DNA of 37,261 bases from Cyanophora paradoxa CCMP329 (GCA_004431415.1 QPMI01000506.1:1-37261), one strand, 5' to 3'; positions 23,352 to 34,109 are shown, counted from the stretch's first letter. Numbers and translations are program-made. Notes: generated by a model not told the origin, from the letters alone.

Positions 23352-24214
23352 TTAAGGGCGTGCATCCAGCATCACACCGATGTAGTCGCAACCCGCTCTG
23401 TAGGCCATGATGTCCTTGAGATCTGCATCGGGCACATTTATCAGCAAAGGCGCGGCACGTCTAGGCGCAGCAAATGGAATGACCACGCACTGTCCTTCGT
23501 GCGCACCCGCACTCCAATTCGTCGCGCATCCTCTTGCCAAGGATCTGCGAGCAGAACTAAGGCACGTGGCATCGCACTGCGAGCTCCGAGCATCGTACTG
23601 CGAAGATCGAGCTCGCCTCCTCGACCTCACGGATTCGGGCGTTCGCATCGGCCCGCGCCTTCTCAGACTTGCTCAGCTCCTCTTTCACCTCGCGGTACCT
23701 GTCGCATACGTCCTGCCGCAGAGCTGAGGCATGCTGAGCGGCCGCATGCGCATCGCACGCGCACCTTTGTCAGTCCCAGATCGACCTCACGGATTCGGGC
23801 GTTCGCATCGGCCAGCGCCTTCTGAGACTTGCTCAGCTCCTCTTTCACCTCGCGGTACCTGTCGCATACGTCCTGCCGCAGAGCTGAGGCATGCTGAGCG
23901 GCCGCATGCGCATCGCACGCGCACCTTTGTCAGTCCCAGAATCTGCGGTCCGACGAATTCGTTCGCTCTCTCCCTGGCCTCCATCTCGGCCACCTTTCGG
24001 TGCAAAGTGTCCACCTCCGCTTGCTTATCGGCAAGCCTCTCGTTGAGGTGCTGTGGGAATTCCGAAGTTCATCAGATAGCTGGTGGCGCCCGCTACCGTC
24101 GCGCGGACCACAAAGGCAACGCACATTCAGACTGTGCTCGACGATCGTCATGACTTTCTCGTTGCAGCAAGGCCGCTCCACTTGCGTGCTGCTGTCCACC
24201 GACGCTCCCGCCAT
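23352..24214 (-). CDS. Cargo gene D: coiled-coil protein with a duplicated exon; 3' part related to gene A
   Basis: 'HLNERLADKQAEVDTLHRKVAEMEARE', two copies of 'DVCDRYREVKEELSKS.KA.ADANARIREV', then 'DLKDIMAYRAGCDYIGVML'. The 3' end is uncertain. Confidence 0.55.
23621..23940. repeat. 160-bp tandem duplication (52-nt intron + 108-nt exon)
   Basis: 23621-23780 and 23781-23940 differ at only two positions seen. Confidence 0.95.
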
Positions 24215-24295
24215 CGTCTTGGGGTAGTGTGAACCCCCGAGCGGCATTCCGCGGCAGAACGCGTTCTTTGAACGTTCGCGACAATCCGCGTCATC

Positions 24296-25587
24296 CGCGG
24301 CAACCGCGGCATTTTGAGTCTATCCGCGGCAACTCCGCGGCAGTTACGTGAGAATTAATTAACCACGAAATTAAAAAAGGGGGGTAGTCCAAATGACGCG
24401 GCATCTTCGCGGCATTCCGCGCTACTAACAAATTCTGCGGCAATTACCGGTAGATGTCGTTAAATCCGGCAGTTGGCGACAGAACGCGGCATCCAAGGCG
24501 TCGTCGCGCTGCTTTCGCGGCTCTCGCCCGAGAATTAATTAACCACGAAATTAAAAAGTGGGGTAGTGTGATTGACGCGGTGTTTCCGCGGCACTCCGCG
24601 CTACTAGCGGCAATTAGCGGTTCTCGCGAGGTTTGTCGGCATTTTGCGGCTCTACAGAACCGCGGCGTCGCTTCGTATGTCCCGATGAGGCGCAGATCAT
24701 GAGCTTCATGATCATGACGCGCGTTTCCTCCGCATCATGATGCAGGCATGTTCAGAGGAACTATATAAGTATTTTAATCATGCTTAGAACGTGTGCGCTT
24801 TTTCCACAGACCACCCTAGCTTCAGTGCTTTATGGCAATTCATGAATTGTCAGTCTGACAGTTCATCCTGTACTTTTCTGTTCGACACATGTGTCTGTGG
24901 TCTGCATGCACAATCCGCCTCCTCCTAAACATGATTAAAATATTTATAGAGTACCTCTGGACATGCAGGCATCATGACGCGGGAGAAAACGCGCCTCATG
25001 ATCATGAAGCTCACGATCCGCGCCAGATGGCAAGCCAGAATTGACGCCGCGATTCGTATTTGCCGCGAACAACCGCAATGTACCGCGATTGTCAAATCAT
25101 GCCGCGGTTAGGGAAAACTGCCGCGAAGTTGCCGCGTTATTTGGACTACCCCCCTTTTTTATTTCGTGGTTAATTAATTCTTGGGAAACCGTCGCGTAGA
25201 AAACGCGATTCCATCGCGGATGCCGCATTTTGACGCTAACTACCGAATTTGACGACGTGTGGCAGTAATTGCCGCTAGTAGCGCGGAGTGCCGCGGAAAC
25301 ACCGCGTCAATCACACTACCCCCACTTTTTAATTTCGTGGTTAATTAATTCTCGGGCGAGAGCCGCGAAAGCAGCGCGACGACGCCTTGGATGCCGCGTT
25401 CTGTCGCCAACTGCCGGATTTAACGACATCTACCGGTAATTGCCGCAGAATTTGTTAGTAGCGCGGAATGCCGCGAAGATGCCGCGTCATTTGGACTACC
25501 CCCCTTTTTTAATTTCGTGGTTAATTAATTCTCACGTAACTGCCGCGGAGTTGCCGCGGATAGACTCAAAATGCCGCGGTTGCCGCG
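24296..25587. repeat. 1.3-kb palindrome/foldback built from ~180-bp units
   Basis: 24296-24616 is a near-perfect inverted copy of 25266-25587. Inner imperfect arms at ~24690-24812 and ~24893-25023. The core GAATTAATTAACCACGAAAT(T)AAAAA..GGGGTAGT occurs 5 times. Confidence 0.95.
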
Positions 25588-25852
25588 ACACGTCGCGCGC
25601 TCACTCGCGTCACATTTCTTCCCATCCCATCAAGAGCCGCGCTCTTTCTTTTGCCATCGCATCCCGCTTCGACGCACAGTGCATGCGGTGTCGCGTTGGC
25701 GCGTGCGCAGCCGCAGGCCAGTCTGCCATCCCAGAGCTAGCTGCTGGCATGAGAGAGACTGGGTTCATTTGGATGGGAGAAGAAACAGAACCGGAAAAGA
25801 GAGAAAAGGAGGTCTACAACGCCAGGATAGCGCGTGAGATACGAGAAGAGAG

Positions 25853-26767
25853 CTAGCGAGCCAGCACGCTCCAGTACAGCTGCCCGTACGGGACGAAGAT
25901 CTCCATCCCTGCTTGAGGACGCAGTCGGCGACTAGCCAGACCTGCCCGTCCTTCTCCACGCGGAAGAAGGCGTTGTTCGAGAAGCGGGGTGAGTCCCGGG
26001 CTTATCCGCGTCATTTGCGAAGCGCGCTAGGCTCGCCTCCGGAAAGTCGGTGGCGTCGAGGACGTACGTGTGCCCGTACTTGCCTTTGAACGAGATGCTG
26101 TAGAGGCGACGCGAGGGCTCGCGAGCGAAAATCTCCAGCGCTTGAGTCTTCGTGTAGATCGTCCCGCGGTACGGGGTGATGAGGTCACCTGGTCTGAAAA
26201 CAACTGCACCACGGCGCACGCCCGGCCGCTCCACGAAGAGGCCGGTCCCGGCGCGCCAGATGCCCGACTGCTTCGGCAGAAGCCAGCCCGCGCGGCGATC
26301 GATGCCGATGGCAGCGGTGGTGCGCGGCAGACGGCCTCGCCGCGGGGTCTGCGGCAAACTTTACTCGCAGCGATACTGGCGGCACGAGCGGCAGTCGAAC
26401 GAGCGCACGCTCACACCACGCGTCCTTGCCGTTACCTGCCGGCAGCGAGTGCAGCTGGCAGTTAGCGCACAGGCGACCCACTGGCGGCGCAGCGCACTCA
26501 GCGCACATACCAGTTCAGTACCTCCGGCCGAAGCGAGACGACGCAGCTGCCTATACATTTTGCTTCGGAACTGCCCACCAGCTCGAGATCCCAGCGCTGG
26601 GGCTTCGGTACCGGTACCCCCTGCCGGAGCACCCGCCGTCCCGTTCTCCTGCTGTGAGCTCAACGGCAAGGCTTCTGCTCAGCTCCTACCGCGGTGCTAG
26701 CCCTCTTGTGCTAAATCACGCCCGCACGCCCCGCGCAATCTTCGGGAATTCCCGCGCTGACGCCCAT
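25853..26767 (-). CDS. SET-domain lysine methyltransferase (compact, virus-like architecture)
   Basis: 'KQSGIWRAGTGLF...FRPGDLITPYRG...YVLDATD...SLARFANDA...NNAFF...VWLVA...LKQGMEIFVPYGQLYW'. Two single-base losses in C/G runs must be restored. The 5' exon structure is uncertain. Confidence 0.88.
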
Positions 26768-26812
26768 TTGGGCAGCCGTCAATACACATAGGCGGCCTTC
26801 GGCACGGCAGAC

Positions 26813-28808
26813 ATGTCAGCGCCGGCCGAGGAACGGAAGCGGAGGCCGCGTACAGACGCGCAGACAAGCGAGCCGGGCGCGGGAAAGGCCGCGCGCAGGA
26901 ATCGTGCTGCCCGGATGCCGGCGGCCAACCGAGCTGGGGGCTAGCCAACGGCTTTTACGATCTGGATCCCGATACAGGATTGCCCGTCGGCGTGCGGCAC
27001 CTGGAGCAGACATGCATGATCCTCGGCGTGAAGGACACGTTCAGCAAGCAGGTGTACGATCCCTTGACGGGGCAGCAAGTCAAGCGCAACACCCAGCTTT
27101 ACACAGATAGCTCGAAGCGTGTCGTTCACGTCTGCGAGATCTGCAGGATCCTCCTTTGGATCGGGGCTATCGCTGGCCGCGCGTGCGCCCGCCGCGGTAA
27201 CTCGTGCGCGGTGTTCGCTGACTCTGCCTGCAGGTGTGCTATCTCGGAATCGGTGTATTATGGGGAAAACGGAGTATGCGGGCCTCCTGTGATCACGCAT
27301 ATGCACACATGCGTGCAAATGCTCGCGCAAGTGCAAGCCGTTTACATGCACGTGTACAAGGACGCACCACGCGAGACGCTGAGAGATTTCCTGGTCGGCT
27401 CGCTGCCGACGCCTTCAAGAAGGATCCGCCGCTGCGCCTGGCCGCAGCGCTCGTTGCTGTCCTCCCGCTGCAGCCCCCCGCGGCAGATGCCGCGGCAGAT
27501 GGGGTTGTTTCCCCCCCGCTCCTCCTCCTTTGCCGCACCTCCTCCCCGCCTCTCCTTTGCCCTCCCCGCCTCTCCCTTTGCCCCTCCCTCCGCCTCTCCC
27601 TTCGCCCTCCCCCGCCTCCTTCCGTTCCTCCCCAGCCCTCCTGCCACCCCTCCTGCCTCCACTCCCCGTCCCCGCCCGCCTGCCGTCGCCGTCTCGCCCT
27701 TTCTCGGAGGATTAGGCCTGCCCGAGCAGCAGCTCTACGCTCTGTGGGCATGTCGATTCCTGTGGTCGACGTCGAGATCGAAAATCCTACACCGGCCACA
27801 ACCGATAGGAATGAATGGGATGAAGGGGAGGAATGCATAGCTTCCGACCAGAAGCCGGGTATGCTGCAGAATGCACAGTTGATGGCAATTGACTGACAGT
27901 TCCATGCCAGGTCGTCAGGAACTGAAGCCGATGAAGATCAGCGACGCCAAGAAACCAGTACGAGAGTATGTGCGGAATGTCATTGATGACTTGGCGATGA
28001 TCCCGAAGACGGCAAGATTCCACTTACTACCTCTCAAGTGCAGACAGGTAAACGTACAGTTCTTCGTTCTGTCTCAGATCAATGGTTTTGACCGACTTCT
28101 TCCGTGTGTGTCTGTGCCTCAGGCATCTATCTTCTCATGCTTGTCAGCAGTCAATGGAGAAACCCGCTGTGGCATGTGGAGAGCCCGTGCCCTTCGGCCT
28201 CCTCGACAACACGGCCTACATTCATCTGCTGGTCGACTTAGCTCGACAGGGCAAGCATGTGCTCTTTTGCTTCAACACAAATCACAGGACACCCACAGGG
28301 CGTGAGGTTGGACACTGGTGTGCCGTGCAGACTGCTTCCGTAGATCGATGTCTGATGCAACACACAGGATTCTCGGCTACCTCGCAAAGAAGGACGTCAG
28401 ACTGTCTGCACCTTCGCCGATTCAATGAATTGGACGAAAACATTGGGTAAGGTTGCAGATATGCTCCACTCCCATAGAGTAAGTGTGCTGGGAACATCTA
28501 CGACCACGCTGTTCAGTTTAATTGCGTCGATGTGAGTTCTTTTCTAGAGTATCTGTATTGTCTTTCTGATGCACTTTGCTCCAGTGCGGTGTGTGGATCT
28601 GGGCTGCTGTGTACACGCTCATGTTCCCACATGTAGCGATAGCCAGCTCAACGTGCAGGCTGCTCTCCGCTCACAGCTGCTCACAAGTAAACCAGATGGA
28701 AGTGCGAATGAGTGCTGGATCAGGCAGTGGAGGGAACGGATCCGCAAGCTAGCTCTTGTAGTTTGTGACCCTGCCCGGGATGACGAGGATCTCAAGCTTG
28801 AGCCCTGA
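26813..28808 (+). CDS. Ulp1/SENP-type (clan CE, C48-like) cysteine protease with N-terminal Cys/His region
   Basis: 'HVLFCFNTNH...VGHW' (His at 28313), 'TFADSMNW' (Asp at 28419), 'AVQFNCVD|CGVWIW' (Cys at 28585, after an intron), C-terminal 'IRQWRERIRKL'. Confidence 0.8.
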
Positions 28809-28854
28809 ATCAAAATATTTACATTGTGCGCACAGATGCATACAAAGCCTGCGA

Positions 28855-31038
28855 TTATCTTCTCATGCTCGCTACGGCACGTTCTACAGTGCGCTGCCTG
28901 TGCTGGGCAATCTTCGCGAGGGCGCGCCTGGCGTTGTTTCGCCTCGCGCACTCTCTTTGTGCCGACAGTGGGGGCGGCGCTGACGCGCGCTGCTGTGAGC
29001 CGCTTCCGCTGTTCCACGCCTCCTTCTGCTTCAGCTGCTCTTCGTTCTCTTCGTTCTCTGACTCCTGCTCCTCCTCTTCCGCTCCTGCTCCTCCTCTCCT
29101 CTTCCTCCTCCTCTTCCTCCTCCTCTTCCTCCTGCTCTCCTGTGCACGCCGCGTTGCTTGCCGCCGCTCATCCTTTGCACGCCGCATCGCTTGCCGCCGC
29201 TCCTCCTTCCTCTCTCTTCTTCTCCTTGACTCCGAGCACTCAAGGCCTAAAAGGCATGTGTTAGGAATGCGATGCATGAACATCCAGTATCCAGAGGCAC
29301 GCACAGTACCACTTGCCCTCGGGTATGGTGGCATCCGAAAAACCAGCACATTCGACGTGCCACGCCCTGCCGCACGCCTCCCATCGCAGATGAGGAGTTC
29401 GCCATTCAGAGAGGGATCATCCTCCGATCCGGCCAAATGGCATTTCTGGCAGCAGCAGGCGAGGCCTACACAAAACGTTAGCGAGGTCTTGAATCGCGAA
29501 TGTAATGCAAAGGACACACAGAGATATTCCATCATTTTGAATCCATTCTCGACCACGAAGTTCACACATTCAGGGTGGTAGGCGTTCATGCATCTCTCCC
29601 TGACGTGCTTTCGCTTGATGCACGCCTCTTCCGACCGCCGCAGCCGCCCGGCTCGTGCTGGCAGATGGATTCCTTGTTGTGGCAGCACAAGTAGGGGTGG
29701 CTGTGGTAGTTGGGAAGTTTTCGCCGCAGACGAGGCAACGATAAGTCATCGCCGTCCAGGCTGCCTGCGGTAGTCTGGAGGGGGAGAGGGGTGCTTGAGA
29801 CTGAGAACCTGCGCCCGCATCTACTGCCTCCGCAATGATTAAAGCCTCCGTTGCCTGAAGGCGACGTCATCGTGGAAGTGCTGGTTGCACTCCTTGAACT
29901 CAGCCTCGGAGATGGTCTTCACTCTCTCACCGCTGAGCCTTGCCACAGTGCGGATATCCATGCGACTGTAAAGAGATCAGAAAGGGTACTGTCACAGGGG
30001 GTGGGTGGGGGGGGGCGGATTAGTATGTACCACTCAGGACAGGACGCCTCCCGTGCTTCAGCAGGTCCATGATGCAGGATTCATGGAACTTGTGGGAACA
30101 GATCTTCCCTCGCTGTCGGCCACCGTCACAGGGAGCCCTCTCTCAGGATCCTGGACTGAGCTCAAACAGACTGAGCAGGTTGCATTGATCCCGATCAGAA
30201 GATCAACAGCCTCTTGTCCTCCTTCGAAATTGATGCACGTGCTCTGCACGTTCACGACTGTCAGCAAAAACATCTGCTATGCAGCAGCATCTGCAGACCT
30301 CAGCTCCTGTATAGCGCCTCGGACAAGTCCATAGCCGCCATCTCGGCTAACTCCTCCTCCGTGGGGGGCAGAGAACTTCTTCAGCAGGAGCGGGCGTGGG
30401 CGGCACAGGATCGACCTAGGGGCGCCGCACGACTGTAAGAGATTGGTACAACTGTTGTGCAGCAGCAGAGCACGCACTCGACTGGAACGAAGAACAGGAA
30501 CACGGGCACACGGCCAGGCACATCCGGCGACGCAGCCGGCGCGGGTGGCGCCGCTCCTCAGCCTTGTTTTCAGTTAGCTCTGATTCATTCCTGTACAGGT
30601 ATCATCAGCGCGGATGGCGACGGATCGCGGGCAACGCACGTCGCAGTGACCGTTGCACTAAGGGCGATCGGCTCCGGCGACGGGCGAGGGGGAGTGCGGA
30701 GCGCAATCGTGCACGTCAACGGTCGCTTTCTGAGGCGGGCTGCAGCTGATGGCGGTGGCTGGCGCTGGCTGCTGGCTGGCGTCGACGTCTTGGTCGGCGG
30801 GCTGCGCAGCGAACAGCTGTCTGCAGGTGCTGTCCTCAACAGCTGTCTTAGCTATGAGGTCCTCGGGTGGCGCCGGCGGCTGCGGCTTCGGTCCTTCAAA
30901 GCCGCCGTTTGCCCAGTCAGCAATCGCTTCCGCGTGACGGTACTTGATCCAGTGGTTACGCTCGGCTATATAGCTTTCACGGCGCGCCTTTTGGGGTGTG
31001 TTGAGCTGCGCCGGCGAGGCCAGACGCGGCGTGCGCAT
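28855..31038 (-). CDS. RING-H2 + tandem PHD finger protein (putative chromatin-reading E3 ubiquitin ligase)
   Basis: RING 'CSVCL...KICSHKFHESCIMDLLKHGEASCPEC|R' at ~30177-29965. PHD-like 'CLVCGE...CMNAYHPEC'. Canonical PHD 'CQKC...ELLICDGEACGRAWHVECAGFSDATIPEGKWY|CLEC' at ~29455-29235. Charged tail. Several 1-bp homopolymer frameshifts. Confidence 0.85.
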
Positions 31039-31647
31039 TTTCGATGTGTACCCAATTCTCCGGGTACACGGACTCAGCCATCCGGAGCCCGCCGAGCGCT
31101 CCTGCAGCGAGCTCGGCGCGAGCGAGCCGCCAGTGACCTGGGCGCCGCCCAGCCCGCCCCGCGCGCCTCGCTCGGCGTGCCAGTTGGCAACACCACCTGT
31201 TCCTCGCGCGGGCTGCGAATAGGCACGCCCGAGGCTCGCATCCGCCTACGGTACACACACAGACTGCGATCCCATCGCCGGCGCAGCGCCGTGCACCGCC
31301 GCGGCGCCGCACGGGCCATTTACGATGGCGTCAATACGCAGGTGGCGTCCCGCTGCGGCTTCGGCGCGCGCTCCGGCAAGCCTGGCGGGAGCATTACGAT
31401 CGCCGGAGTCGCGGAAGGCCCACGGCTGCGTGGCGAAAGCGCGCACGCAAGCGCGTCTGCATCGGCCGCGCTTCCCCTCTTCTTGAGCCCCGTGCGCCCC
31501 ATCGAGTCCTTGCGCTCGTCCCGCACCTGCAGGCATTTGGAAACTCACTCGAGCTGCAGGTATTGTCGGGAGCTGCTCGCATCTAGGCTGGCTGCAGCCG
31601 AGGTGAAGCTTGAAGGTAGTTCTGTCTCTGGATGTTCATCCCGAGCT
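31036..31647 (-). repeat. Internal long repeat, copy 2 (leader ending at the ATG of the RING-PHD gene)
   Basis: Inverted homologue of 21680-22345. Similarity stops at the start codon in both copies. Confidence 0.9.
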
Positions 31648-31791
31648 CTAGGCCTAGGTCAATGTCACTTTGCTGTATGTGGATGTTTCCATTTCCTTTC
31701 CCGCCCAGTGCGAGCAGGAGAGAGCGTTTCATTAGACATAGCCAGAGCTAGCTATATCAAGCTAGGGCTAGAGGGCCGCTAGAGGGCTAGC

Positions 31792-33961
31792 CTAGCGGGC
31801 CGGGGGCGCGCACGAGGGGATCGAAATTGTGCACATAATAAAGAAAGCTGCACGCATTTCCTGGGGCTCCAGCAGGTACTCGTCCGGTGGGAAGAAGCCA
31901 TCCCTGCATTGACCGGGCACGGGGCGCGTCGTTGTTGGCGGTGCGTCGTGCACCACTGCATCCAGCCGGGATGGACACATCGTACAGGTGCAGGTCGGAA
32001 AGCTGCTCGTTCAGCTGCAGCATGAACAAGAAGAGCCGGGGGAGCCCTCCAAGGGGGTTGCTGGAGTACTGCTCCGCAATGCGTCCACGTACCCCGGAGC
32101 TTCCTCATCATACTCCCGCCGAAGTTGACCACATGCTTCCAGATCTCCTTCAAGTCCTCATTGCATTCCTTGAACATCTCGTCCCGCAGCATCCTGAGCG
32201 TGAGGAAGCTTGATAAACAATGAAGGGAGTGCCGGGGCAGGTAATTTCACACCGGAGAGTCGTGCGGGGTTCGTCAAAGACGACGAAGTCGGCTCAACGG
32301 GTCCTTCATGCGGCTGTCAAGGACCGAGCCGTTGACAGAGCCGCCCTCTGGTTGTGGATATCCTTCATTTCCGTCCACTCTGGCAGGTTGAACATCAGAG
32401 GCCGCATGTAGTTCATGTTCTCGCGCCTGCACCCGGGCCCAGTGAGCTGGGACAGCACAATTTAAAGAACAGGGAACAGGTGCCGCAGTGCATACCACCA
32501 GTCTGGCCTGCCGTTCTGCCCCCCGTCTCCTTGGAGCCTGAATTCACGTGGTGGTTCAGCTGTTCTTCGCGATGGCGAGGCCGTACTCCATCACGTACAT
32601 GGTCGCCTTCGCCATGGCAAACAGCTGTTGAGGTCGAGTCTGAATGCAAGCGGAGAATAATAAGCATGCATGCCAAGTGAATTCGAATGCACGCATGCAA
32701 ATTAAGAGCTCTTAATTTGGCAAGTCTCAGCAGAAGTAACTGATTGTAGCCTTCCAACATGTACATAGGATGGCCATCATGGTCTGTAGCTGTCATCGAC
32801 TGGCGGGTCGCACGAAGGGCACCTGTTGTACCACTCGAGCATCTCCAGCATCACAGCCGCATCCACGATGGGCTTCGTGACCTTGACATTCACCCACCTG
32901 CCATGGAGTGTTACCGGAGAGAGCAAATACAGAAGGAATGCGTGGGGGAGAGGGCGTGTCCATCACCTCAATTCTTCTCGACCTTCGGGTTCGGTAGGAT
33001 GGGCCACCATGACGGCGTCGCGCAGGTCGTTGGGATCTTCGAAGTTGAGCCTCCGCCAGGGAAGGCCGGTGGTGGGGTCCGTGATGTTGCCCTTCGCAAT
33101 TTCCTCGTCGATCAGCCGCTCGTTTCCTCCAGCACGAGCGCCTTTCGGTGGCCGCGCCCGGGGTCAGGTGCGGCGCAGGTGAGCAAGAGGAGTGGGAGGG
33201 AGCACACGTGGGCTGTCCAGGTCAGCCGGTTCTCTGCGCCGCAGTCCGAGGAGACCGTGTCGAAGACCCCGAACTCCTCACGACCGACCTGCAGCTCTGG
33301 GGTCACGGAGCACGCAGCTGCGAGGCGTGTGCCCCTCGCGCGCACTTGTACAGTTTGTAGCCTTGTATAGTGGAGCGAGCAAGCCCGCAATGCAGTCCAG
33401 GATGAATGTGGACGTATTCTCCACGGCCGCGAAGATGTAGACGTTCGTGTACGGCACCGCCTTCTCGTTCTGGTCGAAACCGACACTCCAGCCGAAGAAC
33501 TTCCTGCGCACAAGGCGTGCGTCAGCGCGGCGCGGCGGTGCGGCACGGGCGGCGTGGCGGCGCGGACCCGTAGAAGGTCGAGCGGTGGATGGACCTGCGC
33601 TTTTTCGCGAACTCGCCCAGGCGAACGTTGCGTCCCGTCGGATCCAGCTCCGCGAGGGCGTGCTGAATCCTAGACTTCGCCACAGTGATGCCCGCGGCCC
33701 TGAGCGCCCGCGGATCGCGTCGTAGCCGTATCCGTCGCCGCACAAAGTCGCCGCTTCTTCTACGACATCGTAAACTGCCTCCTTTGAGAGAGAGTAGTCC
33801 GTCGAGAGGTCGAGGTCGCTGAGCTTGTAGCGCAGGGCGCGCATCGAAATCTGGATTTGGTGCTCCTCGTGCAGCAGAGCCACGATCTCCCTCGCCTTTC
33901 TCTTCTGAGCCACATACTCCTCCAGAATCTCCGGGTCGATGTAAATCTCGAAGCCGCTCAT
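31792..33961 (-). CDS. IS3EU-like DDE transposase (integrase-core family), multi-exon
   Basis: N-terminal HTH-like 'ISMRALRYKLSDLDL', 'GYGYDAI.RALRAAGITVAKSRIQHALAELDP'. Catalytic core D 'WSVGFDQNEK...YIFAAVENTSTFIL', D 'FGVFDTVSSDCGAEN', E 'PSY.NPKVEKN(W)', then 'KNS(W)NHH'. These parallel the family pattern WHxDG..K / xxDxGxEN / SxxNxxIERxW / WNxH. The 3' end is approximate. Confidence 0.85.
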
Positions 33962-34093
33962 TGCGAGGCGAACCGCAATGAGCGCCCGCAGCTCCGTGCA
34001 CTAGGCTATCGCTGTTTTGGCCGCTGGGGCGGCTCTCCGGCGGTCTGCGCCGGCTGTTCCCGCGGTCGAAAAATTCACTGCACCCCCCCTCCC

Positions 34094-34109
34094 TTGACGC
34101 TGTCGTCAA
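34094..34109. promoter_or_regulatory. TTGACG-N4-CGTCAA motif about 130 bp upstream of the transposase ATG
   Basis: Exact match to the motif at 19576-19591. Confidence 0.55.

Noticed and set aside
15500-24214. YqaJ-like exonuclease often paired with IS3EU transposases
   Set aside because: No SPDG...ExK motif found in the reconstructed cargo proteins.
24296-25587. CRISPR-like array (conserved ~35-bp core with spacers)
   Set aside because: Spacers are ~140 bp, related to each other and mirrored. No cas genes, and the context is eukaryotic.
25440-25856. 138-aa plus-strand ORF leaving the palindrome
   Set aside because: Mostly translated repeat sequence with no recognisable domain.
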